From assembly GCA_004431415.1 (NCBI GenBank), contig QPMI01000017.1, positions 1 through 64,000 on the forward strand: 64,000 nt of DNA. The letters are read 5' to 3'. The DNA comes from Cyanophora paradoxa CCMP329. Lineage: Eukaryota; Plantae; Glaucophyta. Position 1 is the first letter of the stretch. The number at the start of each line of letters is the position of its first letter. The position numbers and the translations under genes were made by a program. The notes below the pieces were generated by a model. It worked only from the letters and a program-made list of their open reading frames with translations. It made no database searches and was not told where the DNA came from. Positions 12,117 to 24,504 of the stretch are shown piece by piece.

Positions 12117-13938
12117 CTACGAGACGCGGAGGAGGGGGCCGAGGGGCGTGCTCGGGGAGGGCGGCCCCGGCCCCGCAGCCGGCGTCACGAAGAGCTCGCG
12201 CGGGGCCGCCGGCGCCGGCGCCCCGCCCGGCCCCGCGGGGGAGGGCGAGGAGAAGGAGCGGGGGGCGGAGGGGGGGCGGGGCTGGCGAGGGAGGGGAGGG
12301 AGGCGTGGCGCTGCCCGAGGCCGAGGGCGCCGGGGGCGCGGCGGGGGCCAGCGAGGGGCTCGGCGGCGTCACCGGTGCCGACGCCGGCCCGCCACTCGTG
12401 CCCAGGAGGGGGCTCAGGGAGCGGCCCCCGCGGGAGCCCGGCCGGGCGTCGGGGAGGAGGCCGGGGCCGAGGGAGCCCATGGCCAGGGAGGGGCGGAGGA
12501 GCGCGGGCCCCGCAGCGGCGAGGGCGAGGGGTCGGCGGAGCTCGGGGTGGGGGAGGCGCCGGGCTCCGCGTCGCCCCCTCCGGGCGCTCGGCACGGGGCT
12601 CAGAGGCCGGCGCCCGCGCAGAGCCGGCAGGGCGAGGTGCGGGGCGGAGCTGGCTCCCGCGAGGCCGGGGCCGGGCCGGGGCCGGCGGGCCGCGGGGCGG
12701 CTCGTCGGAGTGGCGGCGGAGGCGTGCCTGGAGGCGCTGGGCGGCGAGGAAGCTGATGCGGGCGGGCGGGCCCGGGCGCTCGGAGCCGCGGCGGGCGAGG
12801 ACGAGGGCCGCCTGCGGGGCCGCAGCCCCTCCGAGAAGGAGGTCGACCCGCGCCGCAGCGGCGGCCGCTGCGGCCCGGCCCCCTCCACCCCGGGGCCGGG
12901 CCGGGGCGGGGACGACGGCGGCGGACTGGGAGCGGGAGAGGGAGATGCGGCGGGCGCGCTCGGGGAGGGCGACGTCGGGCTCGCGGATGGCGGGGAAGGC
13001 CGCTGGGGTGAAGGCCGCCGCCCGGTTCAGCGGCCCCGCCAGGCTCGCCAGCAGCCGCGGCAGGTCCGCCCTCTCCCCCCGCCCAGCCCCGGCCTGGGGC
13101 CAGGCGCGGCGGGGGAGGGGCGGGGGCGGGCGTGGGAGCGGCGGCGGCGCTGGCGGCGTGGGCGAGGCCGGCGGCGGAGATGAAGTGGCCCTGCGAGGCG
13201 GCGAGCTCGGAGGCCTCCAGCGCCGCACGCATCCCCTCCGTCCCCAGCCCTGCCGCCCCGCCCCGACCCCGCCTCAGCTCACCCGATGGCCGGCAGGAGC
13301 CCCTCGAGACGGATGCGGGCACCCTCGAGGGCGGCGGCGAGGGGGATCTCGGCGGCCGTGGCAGCCTCAGCCGCCGCGACGCGCCGGACGATGCCGTCCG
13401 CGGCCCGCAGCCGCTCGAGCCACGCGGGGAGCACCACCTGCCGCAGTGCCCGCTCCGTTAGCGCCAGCGCCAGCGCCAGCCGCCCGCGCCCTCGCGCTCG
13501 CCCTCCCCTCGCACCTCGCCGGGCCCGGCGCTCGTGGCGCGGTCGCCGGGAAGGTTCGGCGCGCCGTCATCCGGGTCCTCCCCCGCGCCGCCGCCGGCGA
13601 AGCTGTACTCCACCACGAGGCTCCCCTCGAGGAGGACATAGAGCAGGCCGGGGGCCGCCAGCTCCTGTCACGCGGCGCCCGGCGCGTCAGGCGGGGCGTC
13701 GGCGTCGATGAAGGCGATGCAGCGCGCACGTCGCCAGTCCTCAGGCGTCGCACGGTCGCCAATTCGGCGAAGGCGCGGAGCGTCGACCGTTTCACGTCGA
13801 GAAAGGAGGGGACGGTCTGCCGCCGCCGCGGGCGGGGTGGGCACGTTCACTGGCCGGCCGATCCGAAGCGGGGATGGCGCGCGTGCGCCGGCGCACCTCG
13901 AGGAACGCGATCAGCTCGCGCACGGACGAGTTGGCCAT
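12117..13938 (-). CDS. Hypothetical protein with a degenerate cyclic-nucleotide-binding-like N-terminal region and a low-complexity C-terminus
   Basis: MANSSVRELIAFLE|..VPSFLDVKRSTLRAFAELAT..|..LLYVLLEGSLVVEY resembles the cNMP-domain start (FLxxVPLF...LYIILEG). GTGCGC donors present. Stop TAG at 12117-12119. Confidence 0.5.
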
Positions 13939-14924
13939 CGCAGTAGGAGCGGGCGCTTCGAGTTCAGGCCGGCGCTTCGATCTAACGGGCGAGAAGAACT
14001 ACTGCTCTGAACTAGACGGCACACCAGAACGCCAAAGAAGCAGCCGGCCCGGCGGCGCCGCCCCGCGCGGCGTCCGCGTCAGCCCGCGTCGACGCACGGC
14101 TGCAGCTGCAGCTGATCCTGGCCCAAATTGCAAACTTCGGAACTGCGCGCTTGCTGCGCTCCCGAAGGCTCCCAGGCAAGATCGCTCCCACTGCATGCGC
14201 AGTGTGCATATATCCATGCACATGTACAGCAGCGGACGTCGAGTCGTCGACGACGTCACGAGGCTGGCCGAATGGCTTTAGTACGCGTACCCCTCGAGCT
14301 CAGCCGGTCCACTGAAAGCTTGGTGGAAACTTGCAACCTTCTGGGCATCGGTATCGGGGGGATTCGTGCCCAATTTCGGGTTCCGCGTGCGCAAGCGCGC
14401 AGCTTCAGCTAGCTATATAGGCGGCTATGCTATAGCTAAGCTGCCAGCCGACTTCACGATCAGCCGGGTGCCACGCGTATCGTACCGGAATCGGTGCGTG
14501 GAAAGGCCGCGCGAGCCGAGAGACTCGGAGCTCGACGGGAGCCGAGGAGAGCGCTGCGAAGCCTGAGATGCGCCTGGTGCGCCAACTTCGGGATGACGCG
14601 CTCGCGCTCACCGTGCACATCCTCCGCGGCGGCGCGCTCACCGGCCTTCCTCAGGGCCAGGGCCGCCCGACCCGCTGCTAACGTGAAGCTTAACTACATC
14701 TCAAGTCACGGTGGACCAGTCGTCGCCGTCGGGGGCAAGTCGCCGTCCCGGATCCGCCCTTGAGCTCCGAGCCCCTAGGCCTGGCAGCTGCAGCTGGTCC
14801 GATCGTTGGCCGTGCGCGAGCTTGCGCGTACGTACGCCTTCGTTCGCGTCCCCTTGCGGTCTCATCCGCAGGAGAGCAGGTTTTCGTGCTCGGCGAAGTG
14901 TCCCCGGGCTAGGCCGGCGGCGCC

Positions 14925-17200
14925 ATGGCCCGGCCGGGCAGCGCCCTCGGGGGGCGAGCGGGCGCTGCGGCGCCCGAGGGCGAGCTGGGCGGGGAGGCGC
15001 AGCAGCAGCAGCCGCGCGTGCAGGCCGAGGGCGACGCGAAGTACTCCTCCGTCCTGCAGGGCATCCGCAACCTCGCCCGCTTCGGCGCCGCCGGCAGCGC
15101 GCCGGGGGCGGGCGCTGCTGGCGAGGGCCCGCGCCGCGCTTTGAGCCCGGAGAGGTGCGGCCCGCCCCCGCGCCCGCCTTCGTGCCCGAGGGGCCCGAGC
15201 CGACGGGCGGCGGCGCGCGCGCACGCACGCGCAGGTGGTGGCCCCGCTGCGGGCGAACCCGGGCCCGGGCTTAGGGTTGACGCTGGGGTACGAGCTCGAG
15301 GTGGCGCGGGCGTCGCTCGGGCCCCCGAGCCCGCCGTGCCCCAGGGCGAGGGCGTCTTCATATCCCCCGCCGCCCTCTCCGGCTCCGCCCCGGCGCTGTC
15401 CGGCGGGCAGCCGGCGGACGGCGGCGCTCTCTCCTCGGCCCCGCCGCACCCGCCCCCGCCGCGGCGCCGGCCGGGGCGCCTGCAGCCACGGCGGACGGGG
15501 TATCCTCGATCGGGCCGGCCCCGCAGGAGCAGGCGCCTCCGCAGCGGCGCGGCTCGAACGACCGGCGCGGGAGCGCGGCGGGGCGCGACCCGCCGCCGCG
15601 CTCGAGCACGGGCCAGGCCCTCGGCTCGAGCTCGAGCTCGGAGGCGGCGGCGGCGGCGGCGGCGCGGGCGCGGGGCCGGCGGGCCTCCCTCCCATCTGCA
15701 TCTCCCAGGCCGAGGCCGGCGCGAGCCCCGCCGACATCGCCGCGGCGGCCGCGGCCGCGGCGGCGACGCTGGCGACCTCGATCCCGGCCTCGCGGCAGGT
15801 GCCGGGGGCGCGGCGGCTGAGCTTCGCCGCGGCGGGGCGGCTCGAGCAGCGGCTGAGCAGCCGGCGGCCCTCGCTCAGCGCCGCCCGCAGCGCCTCCCCC
15901 TCCAGCGGCACTGCGCCCGAGCGGGCCGCCTCGCCCCCCGGCATCCACGCCCTCACCGCCTACCAGGAGAAGCCGCCCGCCGCCGGCGCCTCCCTCGCCC
16001 CCGCCGAGCCGCCCCGCGCCTTCAGCCGCTCCGTATCGCCCCCGAGGACCGCGTCCATGTACGAGCCCGAAGCTGGGGCCGCCCCGGCGCCGGCCCGCGG
16101 CGCCGCCTCCGCCCGCCCCGGCTCGGGCTCCATGCGCCCTGGTTCGGGCTCCGTGCGCCCCGGCTCCGGCTCTGGCCTGGGGCCGGGGTCGCGGAAGGAG
16201 GCGGGGCCGCCGCTGCCGGTGGCGGGCGGGGAGGAGGTGCGTGCGGCGCGGCGGGACGCCTGCGAGGCCTGGCTGGACTCGCTGCCGGACCCCGTCCTCC
16301 CGGAGCCCTCCCCCATCGTCCCCGCCTCTCTCCCGTACGCCTCCGCCGGCCCCGCCGCCGCGCTCCCCCTCCCGCTCCCGCCCTCCTTCTCGGCGTCGAC
16401 TGCCGACATCGCCTCGGGCTCGCCGCGCGAGGGCAGCGGCAGCCTCGGGGGGCGCGGCCTGGGGCCCCTCGCGGAGACGAGCGAGGGCGGGGAGGGGTTG
16501 GCGGGGGCCGGGGTGGAGGTGCTGGACCTGCCGACCATCGAGGTCCACCGCGACACGCGCGCCGCCCCGCGCCCCGGCCCTACCCCAGGCCGCCCCCCGC
16601 GCGCGCCCCTCTCCCGCTCCCTCTCCCCGTCGGCGGCCGCCCCCTCCCGGGCTCCTCGCCCCCGCCCCCGCCCGCCGCCCCCGAGCCGGCGCGCCCGGCC
16701 TCGGGCCGCGGGCGGCACGGCGCCGGCGCGCTCGAGGGCCTCGCCCCCGCCGACGCGCCGGCGCCGGCCGCCCGCTCGGCGTCGCCGCCCCGCGAGCACG
16801 GGCACGGAAGCCAGTCGCTCCGGCGGGGCAGGGCGCGCACTTCGACCTGAGCTTCGCCGCCGCGGCGCGCCTCGAGCGGCGCCTCGGCGCGCGCGACGGG
16901 CGCCCGTGCGAGGCCGACCTCGCCTCCGCCTCCAGCGCGCCCCCGGGGCCCTCCCAGGCACCTTCCCCCCTGGGCCTCGCCCCGGCCGCCTCCGGCCCGC
17001 CCGCCCTCAGCGCCCGCCCCGGCCCCGGGCACGGGCATGCGGAGGCCGGCCCGAGCCCCGAGGAGGCGGAGGCGCGGGAGGCGGCGACGCGGGCGCTGCT
17101 CGCGAGCGCCCTCTACAACCCGGAGCGCTCCGCCGCGCCCCTCGCCAAGGCCCTCCCCGCCCTCCCCGCCCGCCGCCCCGCCCACCGCACCTTCGAGTGA
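14925..17200 (+). CDS. Hypothetical Ala/Pro/Ser-rich protein
   Basis: Exon 1 MARPGSALGG...KYSSVLQGIRNLARF ends at a GTGCGG donor. A long second exon follows (with apparent frameshifts), ending ...ALLASALYNPERS...HRTFE*. Confidence 0.6.
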
Positions 17201-17550
17201 CCCGGGGCCGCGCTAGCACGCCCGCCCGGCGGCGTCCTGAGGTGCAGAGCTGGCGCCTGTGCCCGCGCGCTGGTCGCTCCCTCCAGCGCCGCCGATCGCG
17301 ACGAGGCGACTGACTTCTAGTGATGAATACTGGATCCCGGACGGTGTATTACTAGAGCTACGATACGATAGAACGGTGTGGAACGCACGCTAGTGAAGCT
17401 ATTAGCACTCATTCGCCGAGTCGAGTGTCGCGGCGATAACTTAGTAAACTGTAGTAATACTGGATCTCGAGCTCGGTCGTGTATTGTTCTTTGCAAGTTA
17501 GTGATTTGGTTTGAATGGTGTATTTTGGTACATTTGAGCGAGAGCGGGGG

Positions 17551-18844
17551 CTAGCTGGCGGCGGCGTCGTCGTCCGGGGTGAGGGGCCACACGAAGGGCT
17601 CGTCCAGGCCCCAGTCGTGCGGGGCCCGCGAGCCCGGGCCCGGGCCCCCGCCCGCGCCGCCCGGGGGCCCGGGCCCACGGGCCTCGCGGGCGGGCAGGGG
17701 CAGCTCGGAGGGATGCGCGGGGAGGGGCTCCAGGAAGAACCAGGGGTCGAGGAGGGCGTCGAGGGCCGAGGGGCGCGCCCCCGGGTTGTAGACGAGGAGC
17801 CGGCGGAGGAGGGCGAGGGCGGGCGGGGAGGCGTTGGGGAGCAGCTGCTCCAGCGGCACCGCCGGCATCTCCGGGAACGCTATCTTCCCGTAGTCAGGCA
17901 GCTCCCGGATCCCCTGCGGCGCGACCTTTGGCGAGGCCCGGACCGGGCGGGGGCGAAGGTCTAGAGGGGGGCACGCGGGCGCGCGCACGGGCCAGGAGTC
18001 CTCGTCGGGGGTACCGAGGATGGAGACGACGCGGTAGAGCTGCGGGCCGTGAGGAGGAGGAGGAGGGGGTACAGGGGTAGAGAGAGGGGGCCGGGCCTGG
18101 TCGATGTCGTTCTCGCCGGGGAAGAGGGGCGAGTTGGCGAGGAGCTCGGCCATGATGCAGCCGGCGGCCCAGAGGTCCACGCCCGGCCCGTAGCGCCGCG
18201 CCCCGTAGAGGCTCTCGGGGGCCCGGTACCAGCGCGTGGCGATCTGCTGCGTGTACTGCACGCCGGGGCCCAGGTGCACGCGCGCCAGGCCGAAGTCAGC
18301 GAGCTTCAGCGCCCCGCCCGGGCTGATCAGCAGGTTCGCCGGCTTTAGGTCCTGCCCCCGCGTGCGCGTGAGCGCGGGCGCGCGCATACGCCGCGCCCGG
18401 CGCCGAGCGGGCGGGCGCGCCCTGTGCATGATGTCCTGCTCGTGGCAGGCGGCGATGCCGCGTAGCAGCATCTGCATGTAGCTCTTGGCCTGCGCCTCCG
18501 AGAGGGGCGCCCGGTTCCAGCGCAGGACCTCCGCCAGATCCGAGCGCATGTACTCGAACACCAGCACGAGGCCCGCGCCGTGCGGGAAGACCTCGTACAG
18601 CTTGACGACCTGCGCCGCCGCTCGAATCCGGGGCGCCGGCGCTGCGGCGGCGGCGCACGTTCGGGTGCTCGAGCTGCTGCAGCGCCTTCACCTCCCGCAC
18701 CACATTATTGGGGATGCCGTCCTCCAGCTTGCGCAGGCGGATCTTCTTGATCGCTACCGTCTCGCCCGTCTCCGTGTTCTTCGCGCGCAGCACGACCCCG
18801 AACGTGCCCTCCCCGATCTTGTCCAGCAGCTGGTATCGCTCCAT
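17551..18844 (-). CDS. CDK20: Cyclin-dependent kinase 20 / CCRK (LF2-like ciliary kinase), 5 exons
   Basis: GEGTFGVV, VAIKKIRLRKLEDGIPNNVVRE, HR|DLKPANLL, DFGLAR, YTQQIATRWYRAPESLYGAR, PGENDIDQ|LY, LPDYGKIAF, PLPAHPSELP. Confidence 0.93.
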
Positions 18845-19051
18845 CGCCCGCGCGCCAGCGGGGCGCCCGCACGGGCCGCTCCACCCGCACGGCGCGAGCC
18901 TCCGGGGCGCCGGTCAGGCCCGGCTGCTCTCGTCGTGCTAAAGCTCTCCACTAATCGCTTCCTACGTGCGGCTTGGCTGAGTTTGGCCGCAAGTTTGGCA
19001 GCGAAGTTTGGCCGGGAAACTTTGGCGCTCGGCCTGGGTATTCGAATTTCG

Positions 19052-20007
19052 ATGTCCTCTCGCTCCGGCGGGCTCAGCTCCGCCTCCGCGTCGACAGCCT
19101 CCTCGCCGGCTTCCGCGCAGCGCCGCCGCTCGTCCGCGGTCCATGGCTCGACGCCGACGCGGAGCACAACAAGAAATCTCTCGTTCTCGGATTATGCCGC
19201 GCGCTCCCGCTTGCGCGGTCAGGTTCTTCGTTTATGAGAACGGACGCAGAGAGCGGACGCCGCAGACGAGGTCGAAGAGCGGTCGAGCGGGCGGCACCGG
19301 CTGGCGGTCGCGCTGACCTCGAAGCAGGAGGAGCTCGCGGTGCGCGTCCAGTGCTCTGTGGCGACGCGCCTGCCCAACTGCTCACAGCCGCGATGCTGCG
19401 CATGCAGAACGCACGCTCGGAGCTGCGCAGGAAACTGGAGCTGCGGGACCAGCGCCAAGCCGAGCGGGACGCGCTGCAGGACGCCGTGCGCATGCAGCAG
19501 AGCCGCGCTTCAAGTCATCCCCAACAGAAGCACGAGCATGCACAGGCGCGCGGAGCCGCACGAGCCGGCCCCGCATACCCGCGCTGAAGTCCGAGGCCGT
19601 AATCGTAGGCAGAGCGGGTGAAGCTCGGGAGTCCGGAGAGCCGCATCGCGCGGGAGTTCTTCCGCGGGAACCTTGGCGCCCTCGCTCTCGTCGCCGTCAT
19701 ATCCCTCGCGCTGCTCGCTGCCTCCTGCCGCCGTGGCGAGGGCCCCGGCGCCGCCTCGGCCCTGGGCTCGCGGGGCCTGCGGGACGCCCTCGGCTGCTGT
19801 CTGCGGGTCGTGCACGAGGAGCGGCTCTTCGTGTGCCTCGCGCTGCTGCCGCTCGCCGGCCTCGCAGCCGCCGCGGCGCGCTGCCTGCGCTTCCCCGCCT
19901 CCGCCACCCTCCTCTCCGCCTCGCTGCACGTCTACTCCTTCGCCCTCGGCTTCGCCATCTACGGCTACCGCGCCCGCTCCGCGCCCCACGCTCCGCCCGC
20001 GGACTAG
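19052..20007 (+). CDS. Hypothetical membrane protein (Ser-rich N-terminus, coiled coil, about 3 C-terminal TM helices)
   Basis: MSSRSGGLSS...; coil AMLRMQNARSELRRKLELRDQRQAERDALQ; hydrophobic segments LGALALVAVISLALLAA, LFVCLALLPLAGLAAAAA and LLSASLHVYSFALGFAIYGY. Confidence 0.6.
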
Positions 20008-20119
20008 CGCTAGGCGCCGGCGCCGCCCCGCCCCGCCCCTCTCCGTTGCCTAGGGCTGTTGCCTCCTATCTTAAAATATCGCTGCTACCTACCACCTGCC
20101 GCTAGATGTGGATACGGGG

Positions 20120-21201
20120 CTACCTAGGGCCCTGCTGCCCGGGAGGGGGAGGGTTCGGCGGTCGGTGGCCGTGGCCGTGCCCGTGGGGGTGCCCGTGGCC
20201 GTGCCCGTGCGCGTGGCCGGGGGCGGGGGCGGGCGGCGGGACGTGCGTCCTCCGCGCGATGGTGGGGGCGGGGGGCCCGTAGACGTCGCGCGCGCGCCCC
20301 TCGAAGGCCGAGACGATGCGGCGCGCCACCTCGTCGAAGAAGGCCTGCGCGCGGCGCTCGCCGGGGCGCGCATGCGCCGGCCGCATTCCGGCGGGCGGGC
20401 GGGCGGGCGGGCCCACCTGCACGAGCTGGGAGTAGAGGGGGGAGCGGAACTGGAAATCGACGAGGAAAGAGAGGTAGCAGGTGTTGGGGAGCGGGCCCGG
20501 CTCGAACTTCCACTCGTTGATGAGGTGGTGGAAGAGGGCGCTGTTCAGCGAGGTCGCCTGCCGGCCGCCCCGCCGCGGTCAGGGCACGCCCAGGCAAGCG
20601 TGCCGCCCGGCGGCGAGGGGCGGCCACCTTGACCATCGTCTGCGGCTGGAACTCGACGCGCGACGTGTACTTCTCCACGAAGACTTTGAACCCGATCGAG
20701 AGCTCCGCCTCCATCACGTTCGCGCTCCTCCTGACGACGCGCGAGTCCGCACACCACGGCACGAACTCTTTGTAGTTGTCCACGTCCACCACCACGTTGT
20801 AGAGCTGCTCGGCGCTCCACCTGGACGCGAGCACAGGGCGCGCGCTCAGCATCCCGCGGGGCGAGCGGCTACGGGCAGGCTTGGTGCACCCTAGCAGCTT
20901 CCTTTCGGCATGCCTGCGCCGCAGCTGCTCCGGCGAGGTCGCCTCCGCCACCTTGTTAATGATGTTGAATATGGGCCGCCGCGCCTCGACACAGCCGGCC
21001 GCAGCCGCTGGCAGTGGGCGCGGGCGGAGCTGCTCTGATCCGTCCGCGCATGGCCTCGCTAGCGCGCACGGGGCCGCGAAGTGCGCCACTCGTACGGCAC
21101 GCGGCGCGCCTGCCGCCAGCCGTCGCGGCAGCGCTGCGGTGTTCTTCAGCACATCAGCGGCACGGGAAAGGCCGCAGAGGCGCACCGGTTTGCGCGAGCA
21201 T
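20120..21201 (-). CDS. COQ10: Coenzyme Q-binding protein COQ10 (START/polyketide-cyclase fold), mitochondrial
   Basis: ERKLLG|WSAEQLYNVVVDVDNYKEFVPWCADSRV...AELSIGFKVFVEKYTSRV...LFHHLINEWKF...VDFQFRSPLY...FFDEVARRIVSAFEGRA. Arg/Ala-rich presequence from the ATG at 21201. Confidence 0.92.
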
Positions 21202-21300
21202 CGGGGAACGACTTTGCGAGGGGTACTCCCGAATTCCGCACGACGAGCCAAATTTGTTGTGGTCGGAAGCGGCCGCTCCTACGCAGCAGCCGCCGTCACC

Positions 21301-23228
21301 ATGATGTCCTCTAGGACGCCCGAGACGATCAGGTGCGTTTCTCTGCATCGGGGCCGTCTGGGCAGTGCCCGCCCCGCTGCGGCCGCATGCGCGTGCCCGT
21401 GGGCTGCAGGGGGTCGCATCGATAGCTACATGCTTTATTGGCTCTTGCTAACATGCTGCGCCCCTCCAGCTTTCCGGCCGCCGCCAACGCGTCCTTCTTG
21501 AGCTCCCATGAACTCAACCGCATCCGGTCAATGACCCTAGGCGGCAGCGCCCGCATGGGTGATCCTGAAAGAGAGGTATGCATCGTTCTGCGGCGCACAA
21601 GGCGGGTGCCGACGGTCCGCAGCGGGAGGACTTGCACAAGAAGTCGCAGGCGCGGGTAGCAAACTGGACGAACACCTTGGAGGGGCAGCGCATACAGAAG
21701 GATCTGCGACGAAAGCAAAAGCTAGCAGAGGAGGAGGTGCGCCGAGCCCCTGCCCTGTTGCGGCCTCGTCCGAGCGCTGAACCTCCGGAGCAGGCGAAGA
21801 AGAAGATCCTCGATCAAGAAGAGGCACAGATCCTATCGGAAAAGCGGAGGCAGGCTATCGAGCGGGCAGCGAAGATGCTCTTCGACGAGACGGACCGAGT
21901 GAAGACTTTCCACGGCACACTCCTGCTCAGTGATGTGTTGAAGGTGCGGCGGGGCCCGGTGCTGTGCCGTCTACACAAGTCCTAACCGGCGTTCACATCG
22001 CGTAGGAGCGGGAGGCCCAGATCGATCACAGGAAGAAGAAGATCGAAGTGGACAAGACGATCGAAGAGGAGTTTAAGAAGATGGAGCTTGAGCGGTTGAA
22101 AAAGTACGACGAGGAGGAGCGGCGGAAAGCAGAGGACGTCAAGTGCGGCCTCCCGCATGGCCGCGCGCGCGGGGCGGGGTGCAGGGCGCTGACCCGCCGG
22201 CGCTGCGCAGGCGGCGGGCGCTCGAGGAGGCGCGGATCAACAAGCTGCAGATGGAGGAAATGGAGCGGCGGTTCCAGGCGCGGATAGAGGAGGAGAGGCG
22301 AGAGGGCGAGATCGGCAAGATGAAGGCGGAGCTCGACTTCAAGAAGGCCCGGAAGGAGGAGAAGAAGCGCATGGAGCGTCTCAAGAGGGCACAAGGTGCG
22401 GCCCCCCCGTCTCCCCTCCCCTGCGGGCCGCCGCTGATCTCTTCGCGCCGCGCAGAGGAGACGCGGATCGCGAACGAGTACCTGCAGCAGCTGCGGTCGG
22501 AGCTCAAGAAACAGGAGGAGGAGGAGGAGCAGAAGATCGAGGCGTACGCGCGGGAGAAGGAGGAGACGCTTGCGGAGCGGCGGCAGCGGGAACAGGAGCG
22601 CTTCAACCAGAAGCAAGCGCAGCGGCAGAGGCTAATCGACAGCCAGACGAAGTATCTGAACGAGCTTCGGGCGAAGGAGAAGGACCGGACGGAGAAGCAC
22701 GTGCAGGAGAAGGAGCAGCGGGACGAGCAGAAGCGGCAGGACCAGCAGGCGAAGCGGCAGGCGGAGCTGGAGGCGATGCGGAAAAACCGGCTGCACCAGA
22801 TGGAGATGCGGGAGCGGGCGAAGGCGGCGGCGGACGCGGAGATGAAGGAGTACCAGCGGCAGCTCGCGGAGAAGGACAGGATCCTCACGCAGGAGGAGGA
22901 GGAGCTCCGGCGCCGCATGCTCGAGCGCAACAAGTGGTTCGCCGAGTATCAGAAGCGCCAGTGGGTGCGCGCTCCCGCCCCTCCCCCGCCCGGCGGCGGT
23001 CCCAGCGCTGAGCGTGCGGGGCAGGACGAGGCCTCTTCGCGGCGGGGGGAGGTGCTGGACGAGGAGCGGACGGAGGCGATGCGGCAGAAGGCGGCGCTCG
23101 AGCTGGAGGATCAGATCTTCAACCAGTACACGGACCTCTGCATAAAGGAGTACGAGGCGGCCGGCAAGTCCACCCTCCCCATGAAGATCCACCTGGGCAA
23201 GAAGCAGCCCATGCAGAGCCACATCTAG
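21301..23228 (+). CDS. CFAP210: Cilia- and flagella-associated coiled-coil protein CFAP210/CCDC173-like (trichohyalin-plectin-homology domain)
   Basis: LHKKSQARVANWTNTLEGQR...LFDETDRVKTFHGTLLLSDVLK|EREAQI matches the CCDC173 N-terminal signature; long E/K/R/Q coiled coil. Start could alternatively be 21453. Confidence 0.78.
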
Positions 23229-23644
23229 CGCCCCCCGCCCCCCGGGCGCCCGCTTCTTGCTTTTTTGAGCTGTACATTCGCATCACTTTCTTCACTGGAG
23301 CATGCCAGCCACTTTAAGCAACAGGGCCCCGCCGGTAGCTGTAAGCCGACGCCGTCGCCCACTAATATTGTGCATGCATCTATTCCAATTGCAATTGCAA
23401 CCCTTGCATTCCTTCCATGCGGAAGCGTGGCATTAAACCTACCGAAGCTAGATTTTTCAATACAAGCAATGAACAAATGCGACTGCAAGCATGCAAGCAA
23501 AAGCAAGGAATCAGAATGAGACACTCTACCACGCCACGCCGGAGGTTGAACTGCTTCTACCTCCGATAGCCCTCTACGCACGCTGCTTATTGGACTTTCA
23601 TAAGTCCAACCGCCTTGCCAGCAGCCGCCTGCCTGGTGAGCCGC

Positions 23645-24398
23645 CTAACGGGGCTGGCGGGGCTCCGTGCAGTCACGGGCAAGGTGCCCCTCCTGGTTGC
23701 ACTGCGCAGGAAACGATTAGACACGAGTTGATTGCCTAGCAGAAGTGATGGCCAGAGCGCCACGCACATTGTAGCAGGTCTGGGGCTTGCGCGGGTCGGC
23801 GCAGTCCTTGGAAACGTGGCCGATCTTGCCGCAGTTGTACTGCAGAGAATACGATCAGCTAGAGTGGAAAGGAAGCAATAAAAAAGAGGCCGAATGGCAC
23901 GCACGCAGGTCGGGCCCTGCTCGCGGGTGTCCGGCAGGCTGCAGTCGCGAGCCCTGCACATCGGAGGCAGACGATAAGCATTCAAGAACCCACAAGCTCA
24001 AATCGTAACACAGTACGACGAACCAGTGGCCGCCCTGGCCGCACCGGTAGCTGCGAGCGGACAGACTAGGGTAAGAAACGCGATAAGGCTCCATGGGATA
24101 GACGCGGTTCAAGAGACGTGTCATCTACATCTCAGGAAGGAAGAAGATCGCTAAAGACGCCCGGGGACGCTCGGGGAATCGCCGGGGACGATAAGGGTCC
24201 GGTCGCGACAAACGCACCAGGTGCCCGCCGGGCGACGGGGGCCAGCGTTGCCAGTAGCCGCACCAGGCTTCCGCTCGCTGGGGCAGTTACGGGCCTGAGG
24301 ACTCCGGTCAGACCGATCGCGGGGAGGAAGTCAAGCGGACTCACGATGTGCCCGACACCCCCGCAGTTGTAACAGGTCTGACCACCAGTAGACGCCAT
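23645..24398 (-). CDS. CNBP/Gis2-like small protein with multiple CCHC zinc knuckles, many micro-exons
   Basis: MASTGGQTCYNCGGVGHI|, YRCGQGGHW|, YNCGKIGHVSKDCADPRKPQTCYN|, CNQEGHLARDCTEPRQPR*. Confidence 0.8.
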
Positions 24399-24504
24399 TC
24401 TCCTCTTCTCCGCTTCTCCGAAACCGCTTCTCCGAGCTCCGCGCCGACGCTACTCGCCAATCAATCGCAGTACGCCCCTGTACGGGGTACACCACGACGA
24501 AAAC

